64,000 bases of DNA from NCBI GenBank assembly GCA_023488885.1, contig JAMDDH010000047.1, positions 19,079-83,078 on the forward strand, in the 5' to 3' direction. The DNA is from Thermoplasmatota archaeon (GTDB lineage: Archaea > Thermoplasmatota > Thermoplasmata > Thermoplasmatales > Thermoplasmataceae). Under the pieces are notes generated by a model. The model made no database searches. It saw only the letters and a list, made by a program, of their open reading frames with translations, and had not been told where the DNA came from. The position numbers and the translations under genes are program-made. Below are positions 36,684-46,520 of this stretch, in pieces; positions within the stretch are counted from its first letter, which is position 1; each line of letters begins with the position of its first letter.

Positions 36684-37894
36684 AAGTTGGAGTGGTTGGA
36701 CTCGGATATGTTGGAATAGTTACTGCTGCTGTTCTTGCAGATCAGGGGCATCAGATCATGGGCGTCGATACGGATAAGGATAAAATCTCAAGACTGCAGG
36801 CCGGAAAATCCGTGATATTTGAGCCTGGACTTGATGAACTGATCTCCAGGAATCATCAGAGGTTTGAATTTACCTCCAATTATGATGGACTCGGGGAATC
36901 TGAAGTAATTTTCATTTGTGTCTCAACTCCGGACAGGGGAGGAGAGATAAACCTTGACTATGTCTTTTCCGCATGCGAAAGCATAAAGAATGTAGGCTCA
37001 AAGGCAACTGTCGTAATAAAAAGCACAGTCATTCCGGGTACTGCCAGAAAGGTCTTTGGAAGAACCGGGATAAGAGTTGTTTCCAATCCTGAGTTTTTGA
37101 GGGAAGGATCAGCAATTCATGACACTGTTCATCCGGACAGGATTGTCATGGGAGCGGACGAACCTCAAAGGCTGATACTATTACGAAATCTATGGGGATT
37201 CACGAAAGCCCCGATTCTGGAAACAACCAACGAAAATGCTGAGCTCATCAAGTATGCCAGCAATGCTTTCCTGGCAACCAAGATTTCTTTTATCAACGAA
37301 ATTGCTGATCTGTGCGAAAAGATACCCGGCGCAGATGTTAGCGTAATTGCGGAAGGAATGGGTTATGATAAAAGAATAGCCCCGGAGTTCCTCAGGGCAG
37401 GTCTTGGATTCGGAGGATCCTGTTTTCCAAAAGATACCAGGGCTTTAATCACTTTTGCCAAAGAAAATAACACAGATATCCGTATTGTTGAATCGGCAGT
37501 TTCAGTCAACAGCGACCGTGTGAAGAAGGCTGTGGACCGCATAGAGGCTAAGTTTGGAAGCTTGAAAACCAAAAATATCTGTGTTTTGGGGCTCTCCTTC
37601 AAGAACGATACAGACGATGTCAGGTATTCAAAATCATGGGAACTGGTTGAAGAGCTGAACAGGAGGGGGGGACTGGTAAAAGCATTCGATCCGACAGTAA
37701 AATCAGCTCAGGGAATTAATGTTACAGTAAATCCGGATCGATGCATCGAGAATTCAGACTTTGTAATAGTTGCCACTGAGTGGAAGGAATTCAACAGACT
37801 CAACTTGAACACCGCCGGACGCGTAATTGATTTCAGAAGGATACTTGATAAGGGGAAGGCCGATATGATGGTGGGTGTGCATGACAAGAATTAG
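36680..37894 (+). CDS. ugd: UDP-glucose 6-dehydrogenase
   Basis: MKVGVVGLGYVGIVTAAVLA and GFGGSCFPKD. The ATG at 36680 overlaps the upstream stop (ATGA); the track start at 36659 is less likely. Confidence 0.9.
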   Translation: MKVGVVGLGYVGIVTAAVLADQGHQIMGVDTDKDKISRLQAGKSVIFEPGLDELISRNHQRFEFTSNYDGLGESEVIFICVSTPDRGGEINLDYVFSACESIKNVGSKATVVIKSTVIPGTARKVFGRTGIRVVSNPEFLREGSAIHDTVHPDRIVMGADEPQRLILLRNLWGFTKAPILETTNENAELIKYASNAFLATKISFINEIADLCEKIPGADVSVIAEGMGYDKRIAPEFLRAGLGFGGSCFPKDTRALITFAKENNTDIRIVESAVSVNSDRVKKAVDRIEAKFGSLKTKNICVLGLSFKNDTDDVRYSKSWELVEELNRRGGLVKAFDPTVKSAQGINVTVNPDRCIENSDFVIVATEWKEFNRLNLNTAGRVIDFRRILDKGKADMMVGVHDKN

Positions 37895-38714
37895 AAAGGC
37901 TGTGATTCCCGCTGCAGGCCTTGGAACCAGATTCTACCCCCTCACCAGAGCCCAACCGAAGGAGATGCTCCCGCTGGTGGACAAACCAGTAATACATTAC
38001 GTAGTGGAAGAAGCCGTTGATAGTGGCTTAGATGAGATATTGATAGTTGTTGGCGCTGGGAAGGATGCCATAATCAACTATTTCGACAACAGTGTTCTTG
38101 ACAAACAGGCAGATAATCATCTTCTGGACTCTTTTCCTGAGATATATTTTGTTAGACAGAGACAGCAGCTTGGATTGGCAGATTCAATCAGGTATGCAAA
38201 AAAATTTGTTGACGATGAACCATTTGTGGTGCTTCTTGGAGATACCGTTTACCTGAGCAATGACGACCTCAGTGTCACTGAACAGATGATAAACGTGTAT
38301 AATAAGAAGGGGAGTTCCGTGATTGCGCTTGAACAGGTTCCAGTCGAGAAAGTTGGCAATTACGGGATAGCCGGCGGGAAAGCGGATCCTGAAGGGATAT
38401 TCAGGATAGATCGGCTATTGGAGAAGCCCTCGCCACTTGAGGCGCCGAGTAACCTCGGAATAACAGGCCTATACGCACTTGAGCCGGAAATATTTCAATT
38501 CATTGAGAGAATTAAGCCCGGCAAAAATGGGGAATTGCAATTGACTGACGCCCTGTCTGTCATGGCTGCTGAAAGTCAATTGTTCGGTTTTGAAATCAAT
38601 GGTCAAAGATTCGACATAGGAAACATGGAGATGTGGATTCAGGCATTCATTAAGTTTGTGAGCATGGACAGGAGATATTCCAAACTATTTGGAGAGCACC
38701 AGAAAGAACAATGA
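37881..38714 (+). CDS. galU: UTP-glucose-1-phosphate uridylyltransferase
   Basis: KAVIPAAGLGTRFYPLTRAQPKEMLPLVDKPVIHYVVEEA. The ATG at 37881 lies 14 nt inside the end of ugd. Confidence 0.85.
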   Translation: MTRIRKAVIPAAGLGTRFYPLTRAQPKEMLPLVDKPVIHYVVEEAVDSGLDEILIVVGAGKDAIINYFDNSVLDKQADNHLLDSFPEIYFVRQRQQLGLADSIRYAKKFVDDEPFVVLLGDTVYLSNDDLSVTEQMINVYNKKGSSVIALEQVPVEKVGNYGIAGGKADPEGIFRIDRLLEKPSPLEAPSNLGITGLYALEPEIFQFIERIKPGKNGELQLTDALSVMAAESQLFGFEINGQRFDIGNMEMWIQAFIKFVSMDRRYSKLFGEHQKEQ

Positions 38715-38796
38715 ATGCATCTTCTACTGAAAATGAAATGGAAATCCAAACAATAAAAAGGCGAAGATTTTTCATATCCTGTAAATTAACGGACTG

Positions 38797-39690
38797 ATGA
38801 ATTTTCTCATAACCGGTGGAGAAGGGTTTATAGGAAGGTACCTCAGGAATGAACTGGAAAAGGAAGGCCATAGCGTTAAAACACTGGACATAGACGGAAC
38901 ACCAGATTTCCATGTTTCTATCCTTAATTACCTGGAAGTCGTCAAATCGTTAAGGGGTATCGATGGACTTTTTCACCTTGCTGCAACGACTTCTCCCCCT
39001 CAATTTGAAGATGACTTAGTTGCAGGTTTTAACACCAACGTAAATGGTACCCTCAATGTCCTGAAAGCTGCTGCTGAAAATGGTGTGAAGCGGGCTGTCA
39101 TTGCATCATCCTCTGCAATATATGGTGACCTTAGAATTCCGGGGAAGGAAGATTTCAGCATTGATGGGCACAAGAGCATGTATTCTACAACCAAGCTCGT
39201 AGATGAATACATAGCAAAATATTTCACTCTTCGCAGGGAGCTTGAGGTTGTGTGCCTGAGATACTTCAACGCCTATGGAATAGGTGAAAACACTAAGGGG
39301 ATGTATTCAAGCCCCGTTTCAAAATTCCTGGAGTCTATTTCAAGAAAAGAGAGGCCAGTTATTTTTGGGGATGGAAACCAGAGCAGGGATTTTGTCTACG
39401 TAAAGGACATCGCATCTGCCACTTCCAGGGCTATGCAGGTAGGAACCGCTGGCGAAATATACAACGTCGGAACTGGTGTTTCAGTAACTTTCAACGACAT
39501 CATGGGTTTAATTCAAGAGGTGCTGGGTAGGAAAATTACGCCGGAATACGTAAAGAACCCGTTTAAAAACTACCAGATTTTCACTCAGGCAGATGTTGCC
39601 AAGATTGAAAAAGCTCTTTCATGGAAGGCAAAATACTCATTGAGAGAAGGAATAAGGGAAATGGCTATTCATATGGATTTAGTCAGATAA
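38797..39690 (+). CDS. NAD-dependent sugar epimerase (extended SDR, UDP-sugar 4-epimerase-like)
   Basis: MNFLITGGEGFIGRYL, YSTTKLVDE and DGNQSRDFVYVKD. It is a paralogue of the IS1-disrupted gene. Confidence 0.8.
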   Translation: MNFLITGGEGFIGRYLRNELEKEGHSVKTLDIDGTPDFHVSILNYLEVVKSLRGIDGLFHLAATTSPPQFEDDLVAGFNTNVNGTLNVLKAAAENGVKRAVIASSSAIYGDLRIPGKEDFSIDGHKSMYSTTKLVDEYIAKYFTLRRELEVVCLRYFNAYGIGENTKGMYSSPVSKFLESISRKERPVIFGDGNQSRDFVYVKDIASATSRAMQVGTAGEIYNVGTGVSVTFNDIMGLIQEVLGRKITPEYVKNPFKNYQIFTQADVAKIEKALSWKAKYSLREGIREMAIHMDLVR

Positions 39691-39832
39691 TTACGTGTTC
39701 ATTCCAATCATTGTATTTGTTTAGCTTGATAGTGTCGATGTCTGTTCTCTGAGTCTTGAGCCAATCTATTTTCAATCTGGGTCCTGCCTGTTTGAGGGGA
39801 GGGTTATTATACTGAACTGTGTTTCAGTATTA

Positions 39833-40132
39833 ATGAACAGCCAGCGTGGTATCATTGTGGGATACAGGCTTGACGGCAAGTCTCCCGTTGAACGCACCCG
39901 TTTCAACAGGAAGTTTCTCGGATATACGGATAAGTCACAGTACGGCAGGTTTTCGTATTCCAGGGATGGCATCATGTCTGCGATACCGAATATTCATGTG
40001 GTTAACTCATGTTTCATTATCCGCAAGGAGGATCTGGAACAGGTGAGGGTTTTCTGTGATCAGTACGGCGTCGGACTCTTCGTGAGGGAAGTGGTCCTGG
40101 AAGAATCCGATCTTGAGGTTCTGCAGAAATGA
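39833..40132 (+). CDS. Small IS-borne accessory protein of unknown function
   Basis: A 99-aa ORF inside the IS, joined to the transposase gene by an ATGA overlap. I recognise no TnpA/TnpB(IS66) motifs. Confidence 0.5.
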   Translation: MNSQRGIIVGYRLDGKSPVERTRFNRKFLGYTDKSQYGRFSYSRDGIMSAIPNIHVVNSCFIIRKEDLEQVRVFCDQYGVGLFVREVVLEESDLEVLQK

Positions 40133-41463
40133 TCGGGGAATATGTCAGGCAGCTGGAAGACACAGTTACCAGGATCACCATGGAGAGGGACTCGGCACTT
40201 TCACGGGTTCATGAACTGGAAAATGAGAGGGATCAGCTTATCAGCCGGCTGAAGATGTACGAGAATCCGCACACACCTCCATCACTGCAGCCTTTCAGGC
40301 CGAAGACTGTAAATCCCCCGGGAAAGAGAGGCGCTCCAGCCGGGCATAAGGGAGCAACAGGGGAATCCGGGAAACCTGACGAGATTATCCATGTGTCAAT
40401 GGAGAAATGTCCAAGATGCAGTCATCCCCTGGAATCCCCGATCCGCATGGAGAAGAGGACCATATTTGACATTCCGCCGCCGCAGAAGGTAAAGGTGACT
40501 GAATACGATCTTGATGTCTATAAGTGCGGCAACTGCGGCACTGAGGTGAGATCGAAACACATCGACTGTCCTCAGACAGGAGATATGGGCATATACCTGC
40601 TGAACTACATCACAATGCTGAAGTACAATCTGAGAGGCGTCATAAGGAGGGTGCAGGAATTCCTCATCACCAACGACAATCTCGATCTGAGCGTGAAGGG
40701 CATCAATGACGCACTGCTCAGGGTGGGAGATGCCTGCCGTTCAGAATATCTTGCCATACGTGACAGGATACGCAGATCGAAATGGGTCCATATTGATGAG
40801 ACAGGTTTCCATGTGGAAGGGAAGAAGTTCTGGCTCTGGGCATTCAGATCGGCAGAGAATGATGTTCTCATAATAATAGTGGACTCAAGGGGAAGAGACG
40901 TTGTCAAAGAGGCAATGGGTGAAGATTTCCATGGCCCTGCAATAGTGGACGGATGGAGAGTATACACATATCTTACCATAATACAGAGATGCTGGGCCCA
41001 CCTGATACGGGAAGTGGATGCATTCAGGAACCTTGATCATGGCAAAGAACTTTCGGATAAGATTCACAATATGTTCAAAGAACTGAAGGAATCCCTGAAA
41101 TCGAAAAACATGGATGAGCGTAAATCCATGAAGATCACGTATGAAAAGAGAATGGAAGATCTCGTTAAATGCTATGATCCATACGGAGAACTGCACAAGC
41201 CGGTTGAATATATCCGCAACGGTCTGGGGTCATGGTTCACATGTCTTCTCTATCCCGGAATGGAACCAACCAACAATCTCGCAGAACAGGCAATACGTGA
41301 ACACGTTGTCATAAGGAAGATCATTGGAACATTCAGGTCAGAGAAGGGATCACAGAATTACCAGTATATAGCCTCGCTTCTTTCAACATGGAGACTGCAG
41401 GGCAGGAACTTGTTTGTTGAGATGGATAAAATATTGAGGAAAGAACTGTGCGGTTTTGGCTGA
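40129..41463 (+). CDS. IS66-family transposase (TnpC-type)
   Basis: An N-terminal coiled coil, Zn-finger-like CPRCSHPL...CGNCGTEV, then HIDETGFHVEGKKFWLWAF, DGWRVY, QRCWAHLIRE and PTNNLAEQAIRE. Confidence 0.9.
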   Translation: MIGEYVRQLEDTVTRITMERDSALSRVHELENERDQLISRLKMYENPHTPPSLQPFRPKTVNPPGKRGAPAGHKGATGESGKPDEIIHVSMEKCPRCSHPLESPIRMEKRTIFDIPPPQKVKVTEYDLDVYKCGNCGTEVRSKHIDCPQTGDMGIYLLNYITMLKYNLRGVIRRVQEFLITNDNLDLSVKGINDALLRVGDACRSEYLAIRDRIRRSKWVHIDETGFHVEGKKFWLWAFRSAENDVLIIIVDSRGRDVVKEAMGEDFHGPAIVDGWRVYTYLTIIQRCWAHLIREVDAFRNLDHGKELSDKIHNMFKELKESLKSKNMDERKSMKITYEKRMEDLVKCYDPYGELHKPVEYIRNGLGSWFTCLLYPGMEPTNNLAEQAIREHVVIRKIIGTFRSEKGSQNYQYIASLLSTWRLQGRNLFVEMDKILRKELCGFG

Positions 41464-41610
41464 GGTAAACAAGTACCAATCATTTAATTCATAATCTTAC
41501 GGTCTTTTTTATTACCGTTAAGCATGAATGGAAACGAACTGTCATCAAGCATGGGAAATTCAAGGCCCGGTTATGGGTCACCACTGAAATTGTCGTTGAT
41601 AAGCTTTTGT

Positions 41611-42552
41611 TCAATGATTAGGTTCCAGGAATACGTTCTGAATGTTTCCGTTAAGAAATGACCATCTGTCGTGGTGAACAATCCTGTAACCTATGCTGTT
41701 CAATATACTCATAGTGGCCTTCTTTAACTTACTGGAATGAACTTCCATAATGATCCTTGGCATGTTTTCCATTATCGTTTGCATCCCGCCTTTAAGAACC
41801 TGTATCTCAAACCCTTCAACGTCTATTTTCAAAAGATCACACTTCAGTTTAAAGTCATCCAGTCTCCTGAATTCAACCAGCTGTTTTATCCTGCCGCTGT
41901 TACCCAGTTGGAGCTGGTTCCCTTCAAAACTTAACTCTCTATCACCAACCTGGTCGGACAGAGCCACTTCGTAGACTTTGGCATTCTCCACTTGATTCAG
42001 CAAGAAAAATTCCTTCAGTATTGTGATGTTCTCCTTAACTGGCTCAAACGCATGAATTTCCTTTACCCCGTGTACCTTTGAGCAGATTACCGAAAAATCA
42101 CCAAACTGTGCGCCAATGTCAATGACCGTAGATGCACTTCCGGGAACAAAACCATCAATTTCATAAATTCTGTCCCCTATAACCTCGTTAATCGCCTGAG
42201 GAGGAAGGGACTCTGGAATCCCGATTTTCAGAGACGATGCTCTTATGATCCCCCTTTTTTCCCAGGCTTCGTTGAGGCTGGCTCTCTTATCTCCTTGAAA
42301 CTGATTCAAAAAAAAGGAGAGCGTACTCCCATTGTTCCTCCTGAAATAAGAAAGCTCGTTCAGCTTGAAATAAAGCATTCTTCTTGCGAACCCCGGATAG
42401 GTTGGCGACATGATCCGTTCTGAATAGTCTGAACTTTTTTCAAAAGACAGGGGTCTTTTCACTATAGCTGCGCCATTATTATTCTGTATTTTATTATTTT
42501 GTGCCATAATCAAGAACAGGGTAATCGGGAAAATGCCATTACTCTTTGTCAA
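41611..42552 (-). CDS. FkbM-family methyltransferase
   Basis: VIDIGAQFGDFSVICSK and LKIDVEGFEIQVL. Confidence 0.8.
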   Translation of the reverse strand: MTKSNGIFPITLFLIMAQNNKIQNNNGAAIVKRPLSFEKSSDYSERIMSPTYPGFARRMLYFKLNELSYFRRNNGSTLSFFLNQFQGDKRASLNEAWEKRGIIRASSLKIGIPESLPPQAINEVIGDRIYEIDGFVPGSASTVIDIGAQFGDFSVICSKVHGVKEIHAFEPVKENITILKEFFLLNQVENAKVYEVALSDQVGDRELSFEGNQLQLGNSGRIKQLVEFRRLDDFKLKCDLLKIDVEGFEIQVLKGGMQTIMENMPRIIMEVHSSKLKKATMSILNSIGYRIVHHDRWSFLNGNIQNVFLEPNH

Positions 42553-42632
42553 GTAATGTTTGATTATCTACGTAAATTGTCCGGGAGAGCAGTAAGAGCC
42601 TGTATTCAAGTGTATTTGCAGGATACCGGGGC

Positions 42633-43090
42633 TCATTTCATATAGAGAAAAGCGGATAATTTATTCCAACGGCACGCGAAGCATAGACTATGCGTAAGCA
42701 AAAGATCGTAAAATGCCAGGTCTCTGGGCATGAAACCCTCAAATTCATAGATTCTATCGCCAAATACCTCATTTATTGCGGTTTGTGGAAAAGTAGGCAG
42801 CAAGTGAACCCCGAGAGAAGAAGCACCGGCCATCCCTCGATTTTCCCAGGCGTTGTACATCTCTGTTCGCTTCCCGGGAAGAAGCTGAGCAAGGAGGAAT
42901 GATGGAGTGTTTCTCCCGTTTTGGCTGAAAAACGAAGACTGTTTCATTTTGAAATATATCATCTTTCTGACTTTCCGGGATATGTCGGAGAAGTAATCCC
43001 GGAGTTTTCCAGAAAACTGGCAAGAGAAGAGTGGTTGGCTCTTTGATTATTGTGACTGAACGGGTCCAATTCATTGTTTGTGATCATACC
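42633..43090 (-). pseudogene. Frameshifted, truncated FkbM-family methyltransferase 5' remnant
   Basis: MITNNELDPFSHNNQRANHSS..SGITSPTY then a stop, continuing in another frame as MIYFKMKQSS...TAINEVFGDRIYEFEGFMP. This parallels the N-termini of 41611..42552 and 47880..48947, and there is no SAM-binding part. Confidence 0.75.
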
Positions 43091-43307
43091 ATACAATTCC
43101 CGGTTAAACTAAAGGTGTTTTTCGCACCTGATTCAGCTTGTAATTATGTAGGTAATTGCATAATCTAAATTTCTTTCAATTTGTCGAGGAGAGAATTTCT
43201 GACACGCAATTTTGGGGTATGATGCTTCAGAAAATGCCTGGAGCCAGCCCTTGCTATCTCCTTCCACTCATCGGACCGCAATACATATCGATAAAACTTA
43301 TTTTTAA
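42981..43307. repeat. Segmental duplication, copy 1 (~327 bp: FkbM 5' end, intergenic region, 3' end of the CgeB-like gene)
   Basis: It aligns with 48832..49159 at roughly 95% identity with one 1-bp indel. Confidence 0.9.
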
Positions 43308-44193
43308 GGTCAACAAAATTATCGAAGAATACGGCACTTTCCCCGTCAATGAAATTATTTTCAATTAAAATCGGGATTTTCTGTGAGAAGAGAGCGGTTC
43401 CAAACCTTGGTATTTCCCAGTACCTGTCAGTATCGTAACCCATTCCCCTCACTGAGATGGCGACTTTTGAGTTGGAGAGCATCTCAACATACCTGTCCTT
43501 TGGTATACCTCCGGCACTGATAAAATCTTTAAAATCGTGATTGTCAGCAACCCATTTCTTAATTGCTTTGTAGTATCTGTGCCTATCAGGAACAGTACTC
43601 AGAGTAAGACAGAAAAAGATATCAGTATCTGCGGAGAATTCATCCGCACGAGTGTTGGGATATTCCATCCTTACCGTCAGTGGGAACGGCTTAATTTTTG
43701 ACAGACCACTATCAGAAGTTGCAATCCTGTAAGGGAACGAATTGACTAAATCACTTGGTAATCCAATCCTACGGTGAATGGGAGGGAGTATCTGCGAGCC
43801 ATACATATATCGAACATACCATTTTGCAGAAGAGAGATAATTCGCCGAGACGTATAATTCCCTCTTGAAATACAGATCAATTTCACTATGCTTATAGATG
43901 TTCCTGACGAAAAAATCATCTTCCAGATCAAGAAAGACCTTTTGAGTGCTTGTTTTATGCTCCAGAAAGTGCTTGAAATTAGCGTCGTAAAATGACCTGG
44001 GTGTGAAAACAATAAGATCAAAAGAATCCAAATTCTCAGTGAAATCTTCGCTATTGTACGAATCGGCTTTGTCATCATAATTTCGGTTAAAGGTAACCGG
44101 TATGTACGAAAATATGTTCCTAGCATCCAAATTCTCGACAAAACCGTCGTATACATAATGATTTTTTTGCCAACCGTGAAGAAGAACTTTCAT
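43165..44193 (-). CDS. CgeB-like / Glyco_trans_1_2-type putative glycosyltransferase
   Basis: The C-terminal pattern ISVRGMGYDTDRYWEIPRFGTALFS...FVDLKNKFYRYVLRSDEWKEIARAGSRHFLKHHT resembles the CgeB/DUF3880 family. Confidence 0.5.
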   Translation of the reverse strand: MKVLLHGWQKNHYVYDGFVENLDARNIFSYIPVTFNRNYDDKADSYNSEDFTENLDSFDLIVFTPRSFYDANFKHFLEHKTSTQKVFLDLEDDFFVRNIYKHSEIDLYFKRELYVSANYLSSAKWYVRYMYGSQILPPIHRRIGLPSDLVNSFPYRIATSDSGLSKIKPFPLTVRMEYPNTRADEFSADTDIFFCLTLSTVPDRHRYYKAIKKWVADNHDFKDFISAGGIPKDRYVEMLSNSKVAISVRGMGYDTDRYWEIPRFGTALFSQKIPILIENNFIDGESAVFFDNFVDLKNKFYRYVLRSDEWKEIARAGSRHFLKHHTPKLRVRNSLLDKLKEI

Positions 44194-45422
44194 CGCATTT
44201 TCGAGTCCTTTGACAAGAGCATGTTCGCCATGCCGGATACTATTACATCATCCTTGAATCTTTCCACAGCAATATCTGAAATTTCCTGTTTTAGGGAGAT
44301 ATAGCCTTGCGGGTTACTTTCCCAAAGGGCCTCATACTTCAAAATAGCATCAGCAAATGCCTTTGTATCAAATGGCAGAATCAAAATGCCCTGCCTTTCA
44401 TCAGTAAGTATGTCCTCAGAACCCATCACCCTAAATGCAATAGATGGCAGTCCAAAAGCTTGTGCTTCACCAAGGCTGATTCCGAAATTCTCTCCACGAG
44501 AAGGGAACAGAAAAATGTTTGAATTTCTATACTCATTCAGCAGTTCATCCTCCTTGAGAAATCCTTTCCATTCGAAATTCTTGGGATAAAGTGTTTCAAG
44601 CTTCCTCACAATAGACTCGCCCTCAGTTCCTGATCCAACGACAAGAAACTTAATTTTCCGCGTTCTTTGCATTGTTAGATTAACTATCTCTTCCAGTAGA
44701 TCAAGACCCTTGTGCCTTACGCTCAGTCTGCCAACAAAAAGGGCTACGAATTCGTCGCCTCTTTCGTTGCCCTTTCCAAGTTTTTGCTCGTCAAATACGT
44801 GAGGAGGTATATTGTAAATGGAGCCTTTAAATCCTGCAGCCTTTATATTCTTCTCATCTGTCATATTCTGGATACGTATATTATTCATGTGCTGCACCAG
44901 ATACTTACGCATGGCAACAAAGAGCACCATCAGGGCCTTTTTTAAAGGTCTTGATTCTATTGGATCATTATCAAAAAAGATGGGTGAATGTACCCCAAAT
45001 ATGTATCTTACACCAAACAATTTGCAGAGCAGAAGTATAACGCCATTCAGGATGAGACCCTGATGCATGCTGTAAACAACGTCATAATTACGTAGACTGA
45101 ACAAGGCTTTAATGCCGGTTGAGGTTAGTGGAATGATATCTCTGAGAAACCTGAATTTAATTGCGTCATAGTAGATTATGTCGACGTCGGGATTTAGAAG
45201 CGCACGGATGTCGTTATACGACATGCGCACGTTGGACTCATCGGCAAGAGAAAATATGGCAAGATGAATATTCTGGATCTTATTGGCCCAACCCACAATG
45301 TCCTTTTCTCCTCCACCAAAACTTCGCAGATCGGACCCTGTAAAAACCGCAGCTTTCATGATATTCGTGCTATCTAACTCCGAATGCCTATTTTGTGAAC
45401 ATAGAAATATTTTCTTCATCAC
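44190..45422 (-). CDS. Glycosyltransferase, GT4
   Basis: FLFPSRGENFGISLGEAQAFGLPSIAF (E-x7-E). An alternative start is MKAAVFTG at 45359. Confidence 0.8.
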   Translation of the reverse strand: MMKKIFLCSQNRHSELDSTNIMKAAVFTGSDLRSFGGGEKDIVGWANKIQNIHLAIFSLADESNVRMSYNDIRALLNPDVDIIYYDAIKFRFLRDIIPLTSTGIKALFSLRNYDVVYSMHQGLILNGVILLLCKLFGVRYIFGVHSPIFFDNDPIESRPLKKALMVLFVAMRKYLVQHMNNIRIQNMTDEKNIKAAGFKGSIYNIPPHVFDEQKLGKGNERGDEFVALFVGRLSVRHKGLDLLEEIVNLTMQRTRKIKFLVVGSGTEGESIVRKLETLYPKNFEWKGFLKEDELLNEYRNSNIFLFPSRGENFGISLGEAQAFGLPSIAFRVMGSEDILTDERQGILILPFDTKAFADAILKYEALWESNPQGYISLKQEISDIAVERFKDDVIVSGMANMLLSKDSKMR

Positions 45423-45444
45423 ACCAAGTTTTTCGAAAGGAGAA

Positions 45445-45452
45445 CTTATAGA
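45445..45452. promoter_or_regulatory. TATA-box-like element (CTTATAGA) centred between divergent starts 45422(-) and 45477(+)
   Basis: It is the only TATA-like box in a 54-bp spacer, 23-32 nt from both annotated starts. Confidence 0.35.
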
Positions 45453-45476
45453 TTCGTAAAGCTATAAGAGAAATAC

Positions 45477-46520
45477 ATGGACATGGTAATATTAGGAACC
45501 GGTCGCAGATATAGTAGCCTGGACACTTATTCTGAGGAGTTTAGCACTGCGGGCGGCTTTCCCAGAATAATGTTGAGGACGTCAAAAGATCAGATTTACT
45601 CGTCCTGGGATAGAAATACGACAGTAGTTGACGGGAATTTATCCTTGCCTTTCTCCGATGGATGGGGCTGGAACATTCTGATGGGCAACCATGTTTTTAG
45701 GGATCTGAAGGAAAAGCTGAAAAAAAGCATAGTTCATTACACGACATTTGGCATGCCACTGCTCACAAATAATGCAGATGACATTGTTACCATACACGAT
45801 CTATTCTTCCTTGATCCTCGAGATGAGGCATATGGGGGATTTTTTAACCTTTCTGAACACTTCCTTAAGCGTTTCCTGAGGTTCAACAATGTCATTGCCC
45901 CCTCTGAATACATTAAGGGTGAATTGGAAAGGTATGGTTTTCAGGGAGAAATAACCGTAATTTATATGCCTGCTCCTGCAGAAATCCAATACTTAAACAA
46001 TAAAGAAGAAGCTAGGAAAATGATGGGTCTGCCCGGGGATAAGAAACTAATACTGTCAGTCTCCAGTTCACTTAGGCGAAAAAATCTTCCCGTTGTTGAA
46101 AAAACCATGAAAATACTTGGAGATGAATACAAGCTTGTGAGAGTGGGTTCACCCATAAATAACGCCTTAAATTATCGCGGACTGACGCCCGAAAAGATAA
46201 ATATGATCTATAATGCGTGTGATGTTCTCCTCTTCCCGACGCTGGGAGAGGGCTATGGTAAACCTGTTGTCGAGTCCTTTGCATCTGGCCTGCCGGTTGT
46301 AGCGTCTGATATCCAGATCATGAAGGAAATAGCCGATGATGCTGCAGTCCTTGTGGAACCTGTACCTGAGAAATGTGCGGAGGCAGTACGAATTTCAATT
46401 GACAGTGAGGATGAATACAGAAAAATGGGCTTTGAGAAGGCAAATACATATTCAAGGGAGAAATTCAGATCTGCGGTCAATAAATATTATGCTGCTGTGT
46501 CACAAACCGCCAGAATTTGA
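45477..46520 (+). CDS. Glycosyltransferase, GT4
   Basis: LLFPTLGEGYGKPVVESFASGLPVVASD (E-x7-E). Confidence 0.8.
   Translation: MDMVILGTGRRYSSLDTYSEEFSTAGGFPRIMLRTSKDQIYSSWDRNTTVVDGNLSLPFSDGWGWNILMGNHVFRDLKEKLKKSIVHYTTFGMPLLTNNADDIVTIHDLFFLDPRDEAYGGFFNLSEHFLKRFLRFNNVIAPSEYIKGELERYGFQGEITVIYMPAPAEIQYLNNKEEARKMMGLPGDKKLILSVSSSLRRKNLPVVEKTMKILGDEYKLVRVGSPINNALNYRGLTPEKINMIYNACDVLLFPTLGEGYGKPVVESFASGLPVVASDIQIMKEIADDAAVLVEPVPEKCAEAVRISIDSEDEYRKMGFEKANTYSREKFRSAVNKYYAAVSQTARI

Larger units (their letters stand above)
39713..41476 (+). mobile_element. IS66-family insertion sequence (1764 bp), apparently intact
   Basis: Inverted repeats GTATTTGTTTAGCT (39713..) and complement GTACTTGTTTACCT (ending at 41476), with the 8-bp target duplication CAATCATT at 39705..39712 and 41477..41484. 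Confidence 0.85.
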
